Assembly: GCA_027492205.1 (NCBI GenBank)
Contig: JAOZFN010000009.1
Span: forward strand, 97,316 to 161,315
Length of the DNA: 64,000 nucleotides
Source: Thermoproteota archaeon
Lineage (GTDB): Archaea; Korarchaeota; Korarchaeia; Korarchaeales; Korarchaeaceae
Direction of reading: 5' to 3'
Shown: positions 38,477 to 48,603 of the stretch, piece by piece
How positions within the stretch are numbered: position 1 is the first letter of the stretch
Layout: every line of letters starts with the position of its first letter
Translations under genes and position numbers: made by a program
Notes under the pieces: model-generated
Database searches by the model: none
Seen by the model: the letters and a program-made list of their open reading frames with translations, nothing else
What the model was told of the DNA's origin: nothing

Positions 38477-38530
38477 GGAGAATTCTGAACCCGCTCAAGA
38501 AAAATTCTCCGATTTAGGTAAAAAATTTAA
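38477..38530 (-). promoter_or_regulatory. Putative coo-hdr promoter with operator-like inverted repeat
   Basis: AT-rich TTAAATTTTTTACC on minus strand (38530-38517) followed by GGAGAATT-N18-AATTCTCC (38477-38510). Confidence 0.5.
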
Positions 38531-39687
38531 CTAAGCCCCTTCGTTTAACGTGAGGTTAAAACGGACGATCCCCAGGCCGGCCTTGTAGCCCCGGTAGGAC
38601 CGCACCAGCTCGAGGGCCTCCGGCGTGAGGACCACGCCTCCCCGTCCGGCGCCGCCCTTCCACGACTCGAAGAGCTTGAACCCCAGGGCGGACTCCATTC
38701 TCTTGAGCCTCCTGTACACCGCCGGGGGGGACAGCCCGAGGCTCCTCGCGACGGCGCTGAGGCTCCCCGTCGACTCCAGCATAGAGAGCAGGTCCAGATC
38801 GTCTTCATCCAGGATTTGACCGTCCTTCGTGACCAGCCTGAGGGAAGGGATGAACGAGTAGGCCGCGGAGCGCTCTATCAGCTCGCACCCCGAGCCGAGT
38901 ATGCTCCGGAGTTCCTCCGGCCCGTAGGCCGGGTTGAGCTGGCCCAGCATGGGGCACTTGCCAACCAGGCCGGACGGGTCCATGTAGATAATCCTGCATT
39001 CCCTGCGACATCTAGGGCCCGAGAGGAGGTATACCGGAAAGTCCCGGTGGAACGTCACTCTCATCTCGTAGATCCCCATGAACTCTCCGAAGGGGTCTGA
39101 GACGTCGTACCCCCTGCCTTGCATAGCCTTTACCACGTCCGCTGGACACCTGGTGACCGGGCAGAAGACCGGGGGAGAGACCCACACCTGGAGACCCCAC
39201 GACCTGCCGATGTTCACCATCTCTGTGATCTCTTCGTCGTTCAACCCGGGGACGTAGATGGACATCAACCTCATGGATTTCTCAGCCACGAGGAGCCTCC
39301 TGACGAACCTCTTGGCGCGCTTAAGCTCGGAGGTCGAGTAGCAGAACAGGAATATCTCGCCTGCTTTCATGAGACGTTCTGGAGATCTCTCACGGGAGCC
39401 AGCCGCCGCGGGGACGAACACGTGAGATTCCAGGCCCCTGTCGGTCGCCGCCGCGATCAGCTCCTCCACCCTAGGGTGAGCCAGCGGTTAGGACACGTGA
39501 AGTACACGTCGGGCCTCAGGCCAGAGCCTATCAGCGAGTCCAAGAAGACCTCAACCCTGTGGGGGTCAAGAAAGCCACGGGGAGGGACCCTCTCCTCGGC
39601 GCGCGGGCAGTAGGAGCACGCGGAGTCGCAGCCGTCGATGGACCTCACGACTGCTATCGCCTCGGCGCGGCCCGCAGGTGGACTCAA
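38531..39687 (-). CDS. Radical-SAM-like Fe-S protein with C-terminal ModE-type winged HTH, split by a one-base frameshift near 39486
   Basis: ORF 39457-39687 has CDSACSYC; adding one C at AAC|CGC gives TCPNPLAHPRVEELI continuing into ORF 38531-39469, which ends in TGSLSAVARSLGLS...GGAGRGGVVLT. Confidence 0.72.
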
Positions 39688-40235
39688 CTGCGGGTTCCTC
39701 CCTCGAGGACCTCCGCTTCAAATGCGCACGCGTCCGCCCCAGCGGCCTGGCACTCCCTCTCAATCATCGGGCCTATTCGAATGCCGGTCGTGTCCTCCAC
39801 CAGGGCGGCGAGGAGGCCGGCCGTGAAGTGACACACGGGCGAATCCGACCTCCTCCCCCTGGCCTCGAACGAGTCCCTTACCCTGACAACCACCTTCTCC
39901 TCTCCTAACGTGATCGACAGGATGTCGCCGAACCCCAGGGACCTGTAAACCCTCCTGGCCACGTCCAGCATCTCGCTGAGAGACAGCTTCTCCTTGGTTG
40001 AGACTATGCCCTTGGAGTCGTGGACCTTCATCATCCTGTAGGCGGAGTAGTACAGGACCGGCCTCAGACCCTTCTCGCCCACGAAGACGGTCAGCCCGGC
40101 CATGAAGTCCGCCCACCATCGGGTAGACATCAGGAACATGTCCTTGAGCACGACCCTGCCGAAGTGGGGGATGTCCACCTCGGCCCGGAGCACCCCCCTC
40201 CTGTGGGGGTCCTCCTCGATTGCCCTAAGGCTCAT
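39684..40235 (-). CDS. V4R (4-vinyl reductase) domain protein
   Basis: LGFG, VRDSFE, PVCHFTAGLLA, ERECQAAG.DACAFE; ATG 40235 after GGTG; stop overlaps next TTG start. Confidence 0.85.
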   Translation of the reverse strand: MSLRAIEEDPHRRGVLRAEVDIPHFGRVVLKDMFLMSTRWWADFMAGLTVFVGEKGLRPVLYYSAYRMMKVHDSKGIVSTKEKLSLSEMLDVARRVYRSLGFGDILSITLGEEKVVVRVRDSFEARGRRSDSPVCHFTAGLLAALVEDTTGIRIGPMIERECQAAGADACAFEAEVLEGGTRS

Positions 40236-40404
40236 CTCCGCACCTAGAGAACATTTCCGGGACCAAAATAACGATTTATCCGGCGGTAAAAACGGCGCGA
40301 GGTCCAGCAACTGACCGTGCTGGGCAGGTCGTGGACTTGACTGTCCGGGTGTATGGATGCGGAGATAGGGACAGGGTTATGAGGCGGGCTGCGCCCGCTG
40401 ACCT

Positions 40405-41292
40405 GTGAAGGTAAGTCCGCTGTGCGCGATATGCCTCTCGTCGAGTGTTGTCAGGCTGAGTTCCCTCACACACCTGGAGAGGGACGAGGCCTTCAGGCTT
40501 GCCCTGCAGCTCCTCAGAGAGTTCAGGGGGATGTGGTCTGACGACGCGATCCCCGCCGATCTCGGTACGGCGCTGGCCCTGAGGGCGTCGGAGCTCTCTG
40601 GGATAGAGGACATCAAGGGCCCGCTGAAGAGGGCGGCCATGGAGAGCGTAAGGGGCGGCATCAGGACGGTGGCCTTGAGGCACCTGTCCGGGATTCCGGA
40701 AGGCTACGAGCGGTTTCGGGAGGTCGCCCTCCTCTCGGCCGCAGCGAACGCCGTGGAGGTGGGGGTGCAGGACCACCCTATCGACCCATCTGAGGCGTTC
40801 AAGGCGGTCTTGAGGGCAGCGTCGAGGGGATTCGCGGTGGATCGCACGAGAGGGGCCTATTCCATCCTCAAGGGGGCCAGATCCGTGGTCCTGATGAGCG
40901 ACAACCTGGGGGAGTTCTTGGTAGACGCGCTGCTCATCGACCTTCTCGTCGGCATGGGAAAGGAGGTGACGGTGTTGGCCAAACCGGGCCCAATACTCGA
41001 CGACGTCACCGTGGAGGAGGCTCGACAAGTCGTGCCGAGCGGCGTGCGCGTGATTCCGGCAACCATCCGTCCCCGACTGGGGTTCCGCAGGGGTGAGGCC
41101 ACTCGCGAGGCTCTGAAGGCGATAGAGGAGTCCGATATGGTCATAGCGAAGGGCATGGGCCACTACGAGACCTTGACCGAGCCTGCCGAGGGGTTGGGGA
41201 GACCAACGCTCCTGCTCCTCACGGCCAAGTGTCGACCCGTGGCCAAGTCCTTGGGCGTGAGGCTCGGGTCTCCAGTGGCGCTGATGCTGTGA
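40405..41292 (+). CDS. DUF89/ARMT1-like damage-control phosphatase
   Basis: N-terminal CxxC, AAN, SDNLGE...D, PILDDVT, AKGMGHYETL, AKC.PVA. Confidence 0.87.
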   Translation: MKVSPLCAICLSSSVVRLSSLTHLERDEAFRLALQLLREFRGMWSDDAIPADLGTALALRASELSGIEDIKGPLKRAAMESVRGGIRTVALRHLSGIPEGYERFREVALLSAAANAVEVGVQDHPIDPSEAFKAVLRAASRGFAVDRTRGAYSILKGARSVVLMSDNLGEFLVDALLIDLLVGMGKEVTVLAKPGPILDDVTVEEARQVVPSGVRVIPATIRPRLGFRRGEATREALKAIEESDMVIAKGMGHYETLTEPAEGLGRPTLLLLTAKCRPVAKSLGVRLGSPVALML

Positions 41293-41350
41293 TCTTTCCC
41301 GCGTCCCTTGAGCTCCCGCGGTGAAAAGGGGGGTGGCGGGGTGAGGTGGA

Positions 41351-43153
41351 CTACCTCCTCCTCATCAGGAGCGCGGCGACGACGGCTATCGCCGCCAGCG
41401 CCGCAACCCCGACCGCGATCAGGTTAAGCCGACCTCTCTCCGCTGGCGGGGGAGTCGTCTGAGTGGGTCCGAGGTCCGGGAACTCTATCTGGCCGTAGTA
41501 GGTTCCGACGTTCCCGGCCGCGTCCCGCACGACGGCCTTGTAGTACATCACCGGCCTGGTGGCTTCAATGTAGTACAGGGGGTGCTCTTCCACCACCTTG
41601 ACGGGGCAGGGGGCCCAGCTCGAGTTGTCCTCGCTGAAGTAGAACTCCACGGACTCGGCCCCCAGTCCCACGTCGCTCAACTCGTAGTAGAGGGTGGCCT
41701 TCCTCACCACCACATCCGGGTAGACCCTTATCATGGGCGCGGTCGCGTCCTCCCCCTGGAGGACCCTGACCGTGAGGTCTCCGCCGGGTGACACCTCGGC
41801 CCTCAGGAGCAGGGCCACCTTCCCGCCGCGCCTGGACTGCCAGGTCACTTCCGCCCCCTCGACGCTGATCCCCCTGCCCACGTCCCTCAGTAGCACGGGG
41901 AGCTTGAGGACCAGCCTCCCACCCTCTTCAAACATGGACAGGCCGTAATCCCCATCTGGGATCCCGTACTCGACCCTCACCGCCATCGACTCCGAGGACC
42001 CGTCGTTCGGCTGGAGATACGAGACGTTGAGGAGCCCGTTGGGCACGCTCTCATCCCAGTACCTGACCCGTCCCGACTCGGAGATCTCGAGGAGCCTGAA
42101 CCCGCCGCTGACCGCCCTGTGCGTGGTCTTCGGCGCGACGTGGAGCACGGCCCTATCCGGCGGCTCCAACACCTCGTCGGTGCCGTCCTGACCGAACAGG
42201 ACCAGGGTAACGTTGGTACTCTTGAGGATGTCGGGGAGCCGCTCCTGAGCGTTCGGAGAGTTCTGCCAGTAGGGGTACTGAACTATGAGCACCTTCACGG
42301 GGGTCTCGGCCCCCGCGAGGTCGGCCTCCACCCGGTCGAGCAGGTCGTCAGAGACCCTCCCGGTGTCGGTGTTCATCGCCTCGACGGTGATCCAGAGGTA
42401 CTCGGCCCTGTACCGCATGATCGGGCCGAGGTACTTGTCCCAGTAGTACTTGTCGTGCTCCACGGTGTCCCAGTCGGCGTTCCCCTGCACCAGGAAGACC
42501 GGCACCCTCGATTGAACCAGGAGGCGGTAGAAGGCGGCGAAGGTCTTCTCGTCGTACACGTTGCCCAGCAGATCCCCCAGGTGGATGAAGGCGTCCACGC
42601 CCAGGGCCTGAGCCGTGTTCAGGACGTCGATGAAGGACTCTCGGAAGGCCACGTCTCCCGGGGCCCTCCTCAGGCTGAAGTGGCTCTCGGTGGCCACCGC
42701 GACCCTCAGCGAGGATTGCCCGGGCTCCAGCACGTACACCGAGTTCGGCTCAACGTACCTGACCCCACCACCCGCGGAGAGCGAGAGGTTGTAGAGGCCC
42801 GGCTGGACGTCACTCGGCAGGGCGAGGATCAGACGCCACGAGTCGCCGGTGAACTCCTGGGACTCAACCGTGAGAGCGTACGAGCCGGCGTCGGAGTAGA
42901 GAGACTCCAGTGAGGCGCCCCAGGACGCGGCCTCGGGGTCCGGCACCTCATCCGCGACCCACGCGACGAAGGCCTCGAAGCGGGACCCAGGCTCCGCCAG
43001 AGCCGGCGCCCCGATCCGGGGGAACAGGACCCTGTTCAGGGGGGTCTCTCGATAGTCTGAGAACGGGGCAGGCCGACCCTCGGAAGAGACGAGAGGTGTG
43101 GAGGGGACCGAAGCCAGGAGTAAGACCAAGATGACCAGGGACGCTCTACTCAA
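41351..43153 (-). CDS. Secreted, C-terminally anchored metallophosphoesterase-fold protein
   Basis: Signal peptide, degenerate motifs TESH, HLGDL, QGNAD, Thr/Pro linker, C-terminal TM + RRR. Confidence 0.7.
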   Translation of the reverse strand: MSRASLVILVLLLASVPSTPLVSSEGRPAPFSDYRETPLNRVLFPRIGAPALAEPGSRFEAFVAWVADEVPDPEAASWGASLESLYSDAGSYALTVESQEFTGDSWRLILALPSDVQPGLYNLSLSAGGGVRYVEPNSVYVLEPGQSSLRVAVATESHFSLRRAPGDVAFRESFIDVLNTAQALGVDAFIHLGDLLGNVYDEKTFAAFYRLLVQSRVPVFLVQGNADWDTVEHDKYYWDKYLGPIMRYRAEYLWITVEAMNTDTGRVSDDLLDRVEADLAGAETPVKVLIVQYPYWQNSPNAQERLPDILKSTNVTLVLFGQDGTDEVLEPPDRAVLHVAPKTTHRAVSGGFRLLEISESGRVRYWDESVPNGLLNVSYLQPNDGSSESMAVRVEYGIPDGDYGLSMFEEGGRLVLKLPVLLRDVGRGISVEGAEVTWQSRRGGKVALLLRAEVSPGGDLTVRVLQGEDATAPMIRVYPDVVVRKATLYYELSDVGLGAESVEFYFSEDNSSWAPCPVKVVEEHPLYYIEATRPVMYYKAVVRDAAGNVGTYYGQIEFPDLGPTQTTPPPAERGRLNLIAVGVAALAAIAVVAALLMRRR

Positions 43154-43262
43154 AGCGACTCAGCACCTGAGCAGGGTGCCGGCGCTCCATAAAAAAATAG
43201 ATCTGAGGTCCCCCCTGAGCCGAAGCAATTAAATCCATTTCACCCAAATCCGGGGCGCGAAG

Positions 43263-44083
43263 ATGGACGAGCTTGAGCTGTCCTACGTGGCCTCCACCTC
43301 GCTTCTCGCCGCCCTGACCATCCTACCACCTGCCGTTTCTCGCCTCCCCGAGGGGGCGGCGCTGGCGGCGGCCTTCGCAGCCTTGGCGGCGGCGGTCTTA
43401 GTCCCGGCCAGGGCGCTGAAGAGGGCTGGGATCCCGTTCAAGGGACTTAAAGCGTCGGATTTGTGGTACCTGGCGAGCGCAGACCTCTTCAGATCGCTCG
43501 AGGTCGTTGGGTTCGGTGCGGGGTGGGTCCCTCCATCACTCCGCACTTTGGGCGCGGCGCGGGCATCGGCGCTGTCTTCCTCCTCCTGTCCATCACCTGG
43601 GCGGTCGGCCTCGCCGCCGCCGAGACGCGGCGCGTTGAGGGTCTGAGGCCCCGGATCGTCCCGTGGGCGGTCACCGTCGGATATCCGCTTCTCTGGCTCG
43701 CGGGGACGCTGGAACTCGGTGGGACCTCGTGGATGGAGGCGACCCTCTTCCTAACAGTCGCGATCGGCCTGGGGGCCGCGCTGCTCACGGCGTGTCTCGG
43801 GGCGGCGCTGTCCCCTCGGAGGTTCGGGGGCGAGTTCGCCTGGCGGGGGCCGCTCCTCCGCATCGCGCCGGCGGTCGCCGGATCCGCCCTCATGACCGCT
43901 GGGCTGGAAGGGCCCATCCTCGCTGCCGTCTTCATCTACTGCACGACGGTCCTGATGGGATCGATAAAGATCTGCCAGCGAGTCGGTCCGCTTGCGACCT
44001 GGGCTTACGTGGTCATCTTTCCGCTGAACCCGCTGGTCCTGCGGGGACTCATCCTCAAGCTCTCCATAGTACTCGCCCCGTAG
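43263..44083 (+). CDS. Hypothetical membrane protein, apparently frameshifted near 43555
   Basis: Hydrophobic N-terminal ORF 43263-43646 switches to hydrophobic ORF 43463-44083 around ...LGA|GAGIGAVFLLL. Confidence 0.5.
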
Positions 44084-44088
44084 GCCGC

Positions 44089-45150
44089 CTAGATCGAGGG
44101 CCGGAACTGTTCCGCCGACCTTATTGAGCCGAGCAGTTGGATCACGTATCTGACAGTCTCCTCGACGTCGGGGATCAGGGCGAGGCTGGACGGGGTGTGG
44201 ATGTACCTCACCGGCACCGAGACCACTCCCGTGGGTATGCCCTCCCTCGTGAGGTGTATCCTCCCAGCGTCGGTCCCGCTCCTCGGCGATAGCTGGAGCT
44301 GGTACATGACCCCTGCCTCCTCCGCGACTCGGATCATGTGCTCCAAGACGAGCCTCTGGGTGAGCATGCTCCTGTCCATCACCCTTATCGCGGGCCCGCC
44401 CCCCAGGATCGTGACCCTCTTCCCCTCCGGCACGCCGGGGGTGTCATCGGCTATGGTGCCCTCGAGGGCGAAGGCCGCGTCCGGGTTGATCCTGTAGGCC
44501 GCGACCCCGGCGCCGCGGAGGCCCTGCTCCTCCTGGACGGTGAAGGCCGCCACAACGGTCGGCGAGTCCTCCGGCAGCTCCTTCAGGACCTCTACGGCGA
44601 CCAGGCACCCCATCCTGTCGTCGAAGGCCTTTCCGATCGCCGCGTCACCAAACCTCCTGAACGGGACGTCGAAGGTGACGAAGTCGCCCGGCCTCACGCC
44701 AAGCGCCTCCAGCTCCTCCCTCGACCTGGCCCCCACGTCGACGTAGAGCTCCTCAAACTTTGGCCGCCTCTTCAGCTCCTCCTCGGTCATCACGTGTCTT
44801 GGCTTCGCTCCCAGAACCCCAGGGATGTCCCCGCTCCTCGCGTGGACCACCACGCGCTGGGCGAGCAGGACGGCCGGGTCCAGCCCTCCTAGGGGAACGA
44901 TCTCCAGGAAGCCGTCCGCCCTCAGGGAGCGTACCATCAGCGCGACCTCGTCCATGTGAGCGTCGAGCATGATCCTGACCGACCTTGAGCCCTTCTTCAC
45001 GGCTATCAGGTTGCCCAGGGCGTCCACCTCGAGGCCGTCGACGTGACCCCGGAGCTCTTGGGCTATCAGCCTCCTCACCCGGTCCTCCATGCCCGGCGGT
45101 CCTGGAGCCGTGGAGAGTCTCTCGAGAAGCGAGACTAGCTCTTCCCTCAT
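44089..45150 (-). CDS. M42 family (TET) aminopeptidase
   Basis: DALGNLIA, DAHMDE, GG.DP, KAFDDR.G, QEE.GLRGA, GTDAG, RYIHT. Confidence 0.93.
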   Translation of the reverse strand: MREELVSLLERLSTAPGPPGMEDRVRRLIAQELRGHVDGLEVDALGNLIAVKKGSRSVRIMLDAHMDEVALMVRSLRADGFLEIVPLGGLDPAVLLAQRVVVHARSGDIPGVLGAKPRHVMTEEELKRRPKFEELYVDVGARSREELEALGVRPGDFVTFDVPFRRFGDAAIGKAFDDRMGCLVAVEVLKELPEDSPTVVAAFTVQEEQGLRGAGVAAYRINPDAAFALEGTIADDTPGVPEGKRVTILGGGPAIRVMDRSMLTQRLVLEHMIRVAEEAGVMYQLQLSPRSGTDAGRIHLTREGIPTGVVSVPVRYIHTPSSLALIPDVEETVRYVIQLLGSIRSAEQFRPSI

Positions 45151-45280
45151 CTCGGGAGTTGGGCCCGGCGAGCTAATAGAGATTCGCCTCCTACAACGGA
45201 TTGTTTGTCAAACGGACTGTGACAGCCCCAACTAGGTGAGGGGCGTCTGCGCAATCGAAATAACTTAGGAAGGCTACCCA

Positions 45281-48200
45281 ATGCCCGCTGATATGGAAAT
45301 TAAGAGCGGCATGGTGGTGGAGTCTCCACTCTTCCCTGAACCAGTCAAGGTTGAGAAGGTCGAGCGTTTGGGCCAGTACATCAGGATAGTCGGCGCTACC
45401 ATCCGGAGCAATGCGTACATCAACAGGGTGCTGACGAGAGATGAGCTAGAGACGCTGAAGGTTTTCTCCTATGTAACAGACTTCTCAGCCAGCCCTGAAA
45501 ACGTCTTCCTCGCCCTGGAGGCTTACAGATTCAGACTCGCATCGCTCTTCGACCCGATCCTAGCGATGAACGTGTCTAGGGTAGACCCCCTGCCCCACCA
45601 AATCGAGGCGGTCTATGGGTACATCCTCAGGCTCCCCCGGATCAGATTCATGATAGCCGACGACCCGGGAGCGGGAAAGACCATCATGGCGGGTCTTGTC
45701 ATCAAAGAGCTGAAGCTCAGAGGGCTCGCCAGAAGGATACTAATCGTGGTCCCCGGGCACCTGAAGGATCAATGGCTTAGAGAGATGAAGGAGAGATTCT
45801 CTGAGAACTTCATCGTCGTCGACAGGCACGCGATGTCCGCGCGGTTCGGGGAGAACGTGTGGGAGCGGGAGAGTCAAGTCATCACATCCATCGACTTCGC
45901 TAAGCGTGACGAGATACTCAGCACGCTAAGCAACGTGAGCTGGGACCTCGTGATAGTGGACGAGGCCCACAAGATGGCCGCCTACAGGTACGGGGACAAG
46001 ATCAGCAAGACCGCCAGGTACAGGCTCGGGGAAGTCCTTTCCAGGAACACGGAGCACCTCCTCTTTCTCACCGCGACACCCCACAAGGGGGACCCGGAGA
46101 ACTTCAGACTGCTCTTGGACCTCCTAGAGCCAGGGTTTTTCGCCGACCAGAAGATGCTCATGGAGTCGATAATGAGAAAGGAGAACCCCCTCTTCATAAG
46201 GAGGCTTAAGGAGGACCTCAGGGACTTCGAGGGTCGCCCCCTCTTCTTGCCCCGACACGTATCAACCGTCAAGTTCAAGCTCACCGACGAGGAGAAGGCT
46301 CTCTACAACGAGCTCTCGAGGTACGTGATCACGCAGTACGACAAGGCCAGGAGGAGCGACAAGAAGAGGAACGTAGCCTTCGCCCTCATTATCCTGCAGA
46401 GGAGAATGGCCTCCAGCGTTTATGCCCTGAAGCGCTCCCTCGAGAGGAGGAAGAAGAGGCTCGAGGACCTGCTGATGGGAGGGAAAGAGGCGGAGGTGAG
46501 GGAGATTGACTTCGAGGAGCTGGAGGATTACGAGGAGAAGGAGAGGTGGAGGATCGAACAGGAGTGGGAGGCTCTAAGCGTAGCGGAGACCAGGGATGAG
46601 CTGGAGAGGGAGATAAAGACCATAGAGGGGCTCATAGAGATGGCCGACAAGATCATCAGAGAGGAGAGGGAGGTGAAGCTCAGCGAGCTGAAGAGGCTCA
46701 TGAACTCGGAGGAGTTCAGGGGGCAGAAAGTCATCATCTTCACCGAGTCCAGGGACACGCTCGAGTACCTCGTCAGGAAGATAAGGGGTTGGGGGTACAC
46801 CGTCAGCTACATTCACGGCGGGATGCGCCTAGAGAACAGGATAAGGGCCGAGAAGGAGTTCAAGCACGAGACGCAGGTGATGGTCGCGACAGAGGCGGCG
46901 GGTGAGGGCATAAACTTGCAGTTCTGCAACCTCATGATCAACTACGACATACCCTGGAACCCGAACCGCCTCGAGCAGAGGATGGGGAGGATCCACAGGT
47001 ACGGGCAGACCAGAGAGGTCTACGTGTTCAACCTAGTCAACGACGAGACCAGGGAGGGCCGGGTCCTGACGAGGCTCTTGGAGAAGCTCGAGGAGATCAG
47101 GGGGGCCCTGGGGGACAAGGTCTTCGACGTCATCGGGGAGATATTCCCGGGGAGGGACTTTTACCAGCTTGTGGTAGAGGCAGCGGCCAACGCCAGAAGC
47201 GTGGACGAGATCCTGGCCAGCATAGAGGCGAAGCTGGACGAGGAGTACATAGCCAGGGTGAAGGACGCCCTCGGAGAGAGCCTGGCCACTAGGGTCATCG
47301 ACTACACGAGGATAAGGGAGATGGCCCAGGAGGCGAGAGAGTACAGGCTCATTCCAGAGTACACGGAAGCGTTCTTCGTCAAGGCCTTCCAGAGGGCCGG
47401 TGGGAGGGTGCACAAGGTGGGTAACTACTACAGGATCGACTCAATTCCCTACGAGATAAGGAGGATCGCCAGCGAGGACAGCTTCAAGAACACGTGGGGG
47501 ATCCTGGCGAGCAGATACAAGAAGGTGACGTTCGACAAGGACATGGCGATGAGGGACTCCGACGCCGAGTTCGTCTCGTTCGGTCACCCCCTGTTTGAAG
47601 CGGTCCTGGAGTGGACGCTGAGGAACTACCTCGGGGACAGCAGAAGGGGGGCGGTCTTCCGAGACCCCTCAGGCGGGTACAGCGGAGCCGTCTTCTTCTA
47701 CGAGGGGGAGGTCAGGGACGGAAAGGGGTCTGTGGCCGGAAAGAGGCTGTTCGCCATCTACAGAGACGACAGGACCGGGCAGATCAGAGAGGTGAACCCC
47801 TCGATAATCTGGGACCTCGCGCCGCACGAGGGAGAGTCGTCCCTAGATGAGGAGTGGCTCAGGGAGGCGGAAGAATACGCCGTAGAGGCATTAATGAGGT
47901 TCAAGGAGGAGTTACTCCGGGAGAGGCTGAGGCAGGCCGAGATAAAGGAGAGGTACGGCGTCAAGTCTCTCGAGAAGCTGATCAGGAGATACGACGCGAA
48001 GCTGATAGAGTACGAGGAGCGGAGAAGGAGAGGGGAAAAAATGGACCTAGCCATTCAGATGGCCGAGAGGAGGAAGAGAGATTACGAGAGGGCTTTGGAG
48101 GAGCTGAGAGAGGAGATAGAGAAGGAGAAGATGCTGAGCGTCGGGATGCCCAACCTGGTCGGGTTGATCAGGGTCATCCCAGGGGAGGAGATGGTCAGCG

Positions 48201-48601
48201 ACGAGGAGATCGAGAGAATAGGGATGGAGGTGGCCATGGAGTACGAGAGGAAGATGGGGAGAGAGCCCGAGGACGTCTCTGCAATGAACCTGGGGTACGA
48301 CATCCGATCCAAGGGGGAGGGGGAGGTCAGGTACATCGAGGTGAAGGCGAGGGCCGGTAGCGGCGACGTTGCCCTCACGCCGAACGAGTGGTTCAAGGCC
48401 AAGAGATTCGGGAGGGACTACTGGCTCTACGTCGTCGAGGATGCCGCGACGAACCCGAGGCTCTACATCATAAGGGACCCGGCTGGCAACCTGAAAGTAG
48501 TGGAGGTAGTGGAGTCCGTCAGGTTCGTTGTTCCCCAAGAGGAGTGGAGGTCCAAGGGCTCCCCCGTTAGGGCGGCTGGTTTTGACAGAGGGGGGCGTTA
48601 G
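45281..48601 (+). CDS. SNF2-family helicase with C-terminal DUF3883-like PD-(D/E)xK nuclease domain
   Basis: PLPHQ, ADDPGAGKT, VDEAH, LTATPH, EGINLQ, NYDIPWNPNRLEQRMGRIHRYGQ; C-terminal GYDIRS...YIEVK...LTPNE...YWLYVV. Confidence 0.92.
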   Translation: MPADMEIKSGMVVESPLFPEPVKVEKVERLGQYIRIVGATIRSNAYINRVLTRDELETLKVFSYVTDFSASPENVFLALEAYRFRLASLFDPILAMNVSRVDPLPHQIEAVYGYILRLPRIRFMIADDPGAGKTIMAGLVIKELKLRGLARRILIVVPGHLKDQWLREMKERFSENFIVVDRHAMSARFGENVWERESQVITSIDFAKRDEILSTLSNVSWDLVIVDEAHKMAAYRYGDKISKTARYRLGEVLSRNTEHLLFLTATPHKGDPENFRLLLDLLEPGFFADQKMLMESIMRKENPLFIRRLKEDLRDFEGRPLFLPRHVSTVKFKLTDEEKALYNELSRYVITQYDKARRSDKKRNVAFALIILQRRMASSVYALKRSLERRKKRLEDLLMGGKEAEVREIDFEELEDYEEKERWRIEQEWEALSVAETRDELEREIKTIEGLIEMADKIIREEREVKLSELKRLMNSEEFRGQKVIIFTESRDTLEYLVRKIRGWGYTVSYIHGGMRLENRIRAEKEFKHETQVMVATEAAGEGINLQFCNLMINYDIPWNPNRLEQRMGRIHRYGQTREVYVFNLVNDETREGRVLTRLLEKLEEIRGALGDKVFDVIGEIFPGRDFYQLVVEAAANARSVDEILASIEAKLDEEYIARVKDALGESLATRVIDYTRIREMAQEAREYRLIPEYTEAFFVKAFQRAGGRVHKVGNYYRIDSIPYEIRRIASEDSFKNTWGILASRYKKVTFDKDMAMRDSDAEFVSFGHPLFEAVLEWTLRNYLGDSRRGAVFRDPSGGYSGAVFFYEGEVRDGKGSVAGKRLFAIYRDDRTGQIREVNPSIIWDLAPHEGESSLDEEWLREAEEYAVEALMRFKEELLRERLRQAEIKERYGVKSLEKLIRRYDAKLIEYEERRRRGEKMDLAIQMAERRKRDYERALEELREEIEKEKMLSVGMPNLVGLIRVIPGEEMVSDEEIERIGMEVAMEYERKMGREPEDVSAMNLGYDIRSKGEGEVRYIEVKARAGSGDVALTPNEWFKAKRFGRDYWLYVVEDAATNPRLYIIRDPAGNLKVVEVVESVRFVVPQEEWRSKGSPVRAAGFDRGGR

Positions 48602-48603
48602 GA

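Noticed and set aside
43500-43600. Programmed frameshift in the membrane protein
   Set aside because: No slippery site; more likely assembly indel or pseudogenisation
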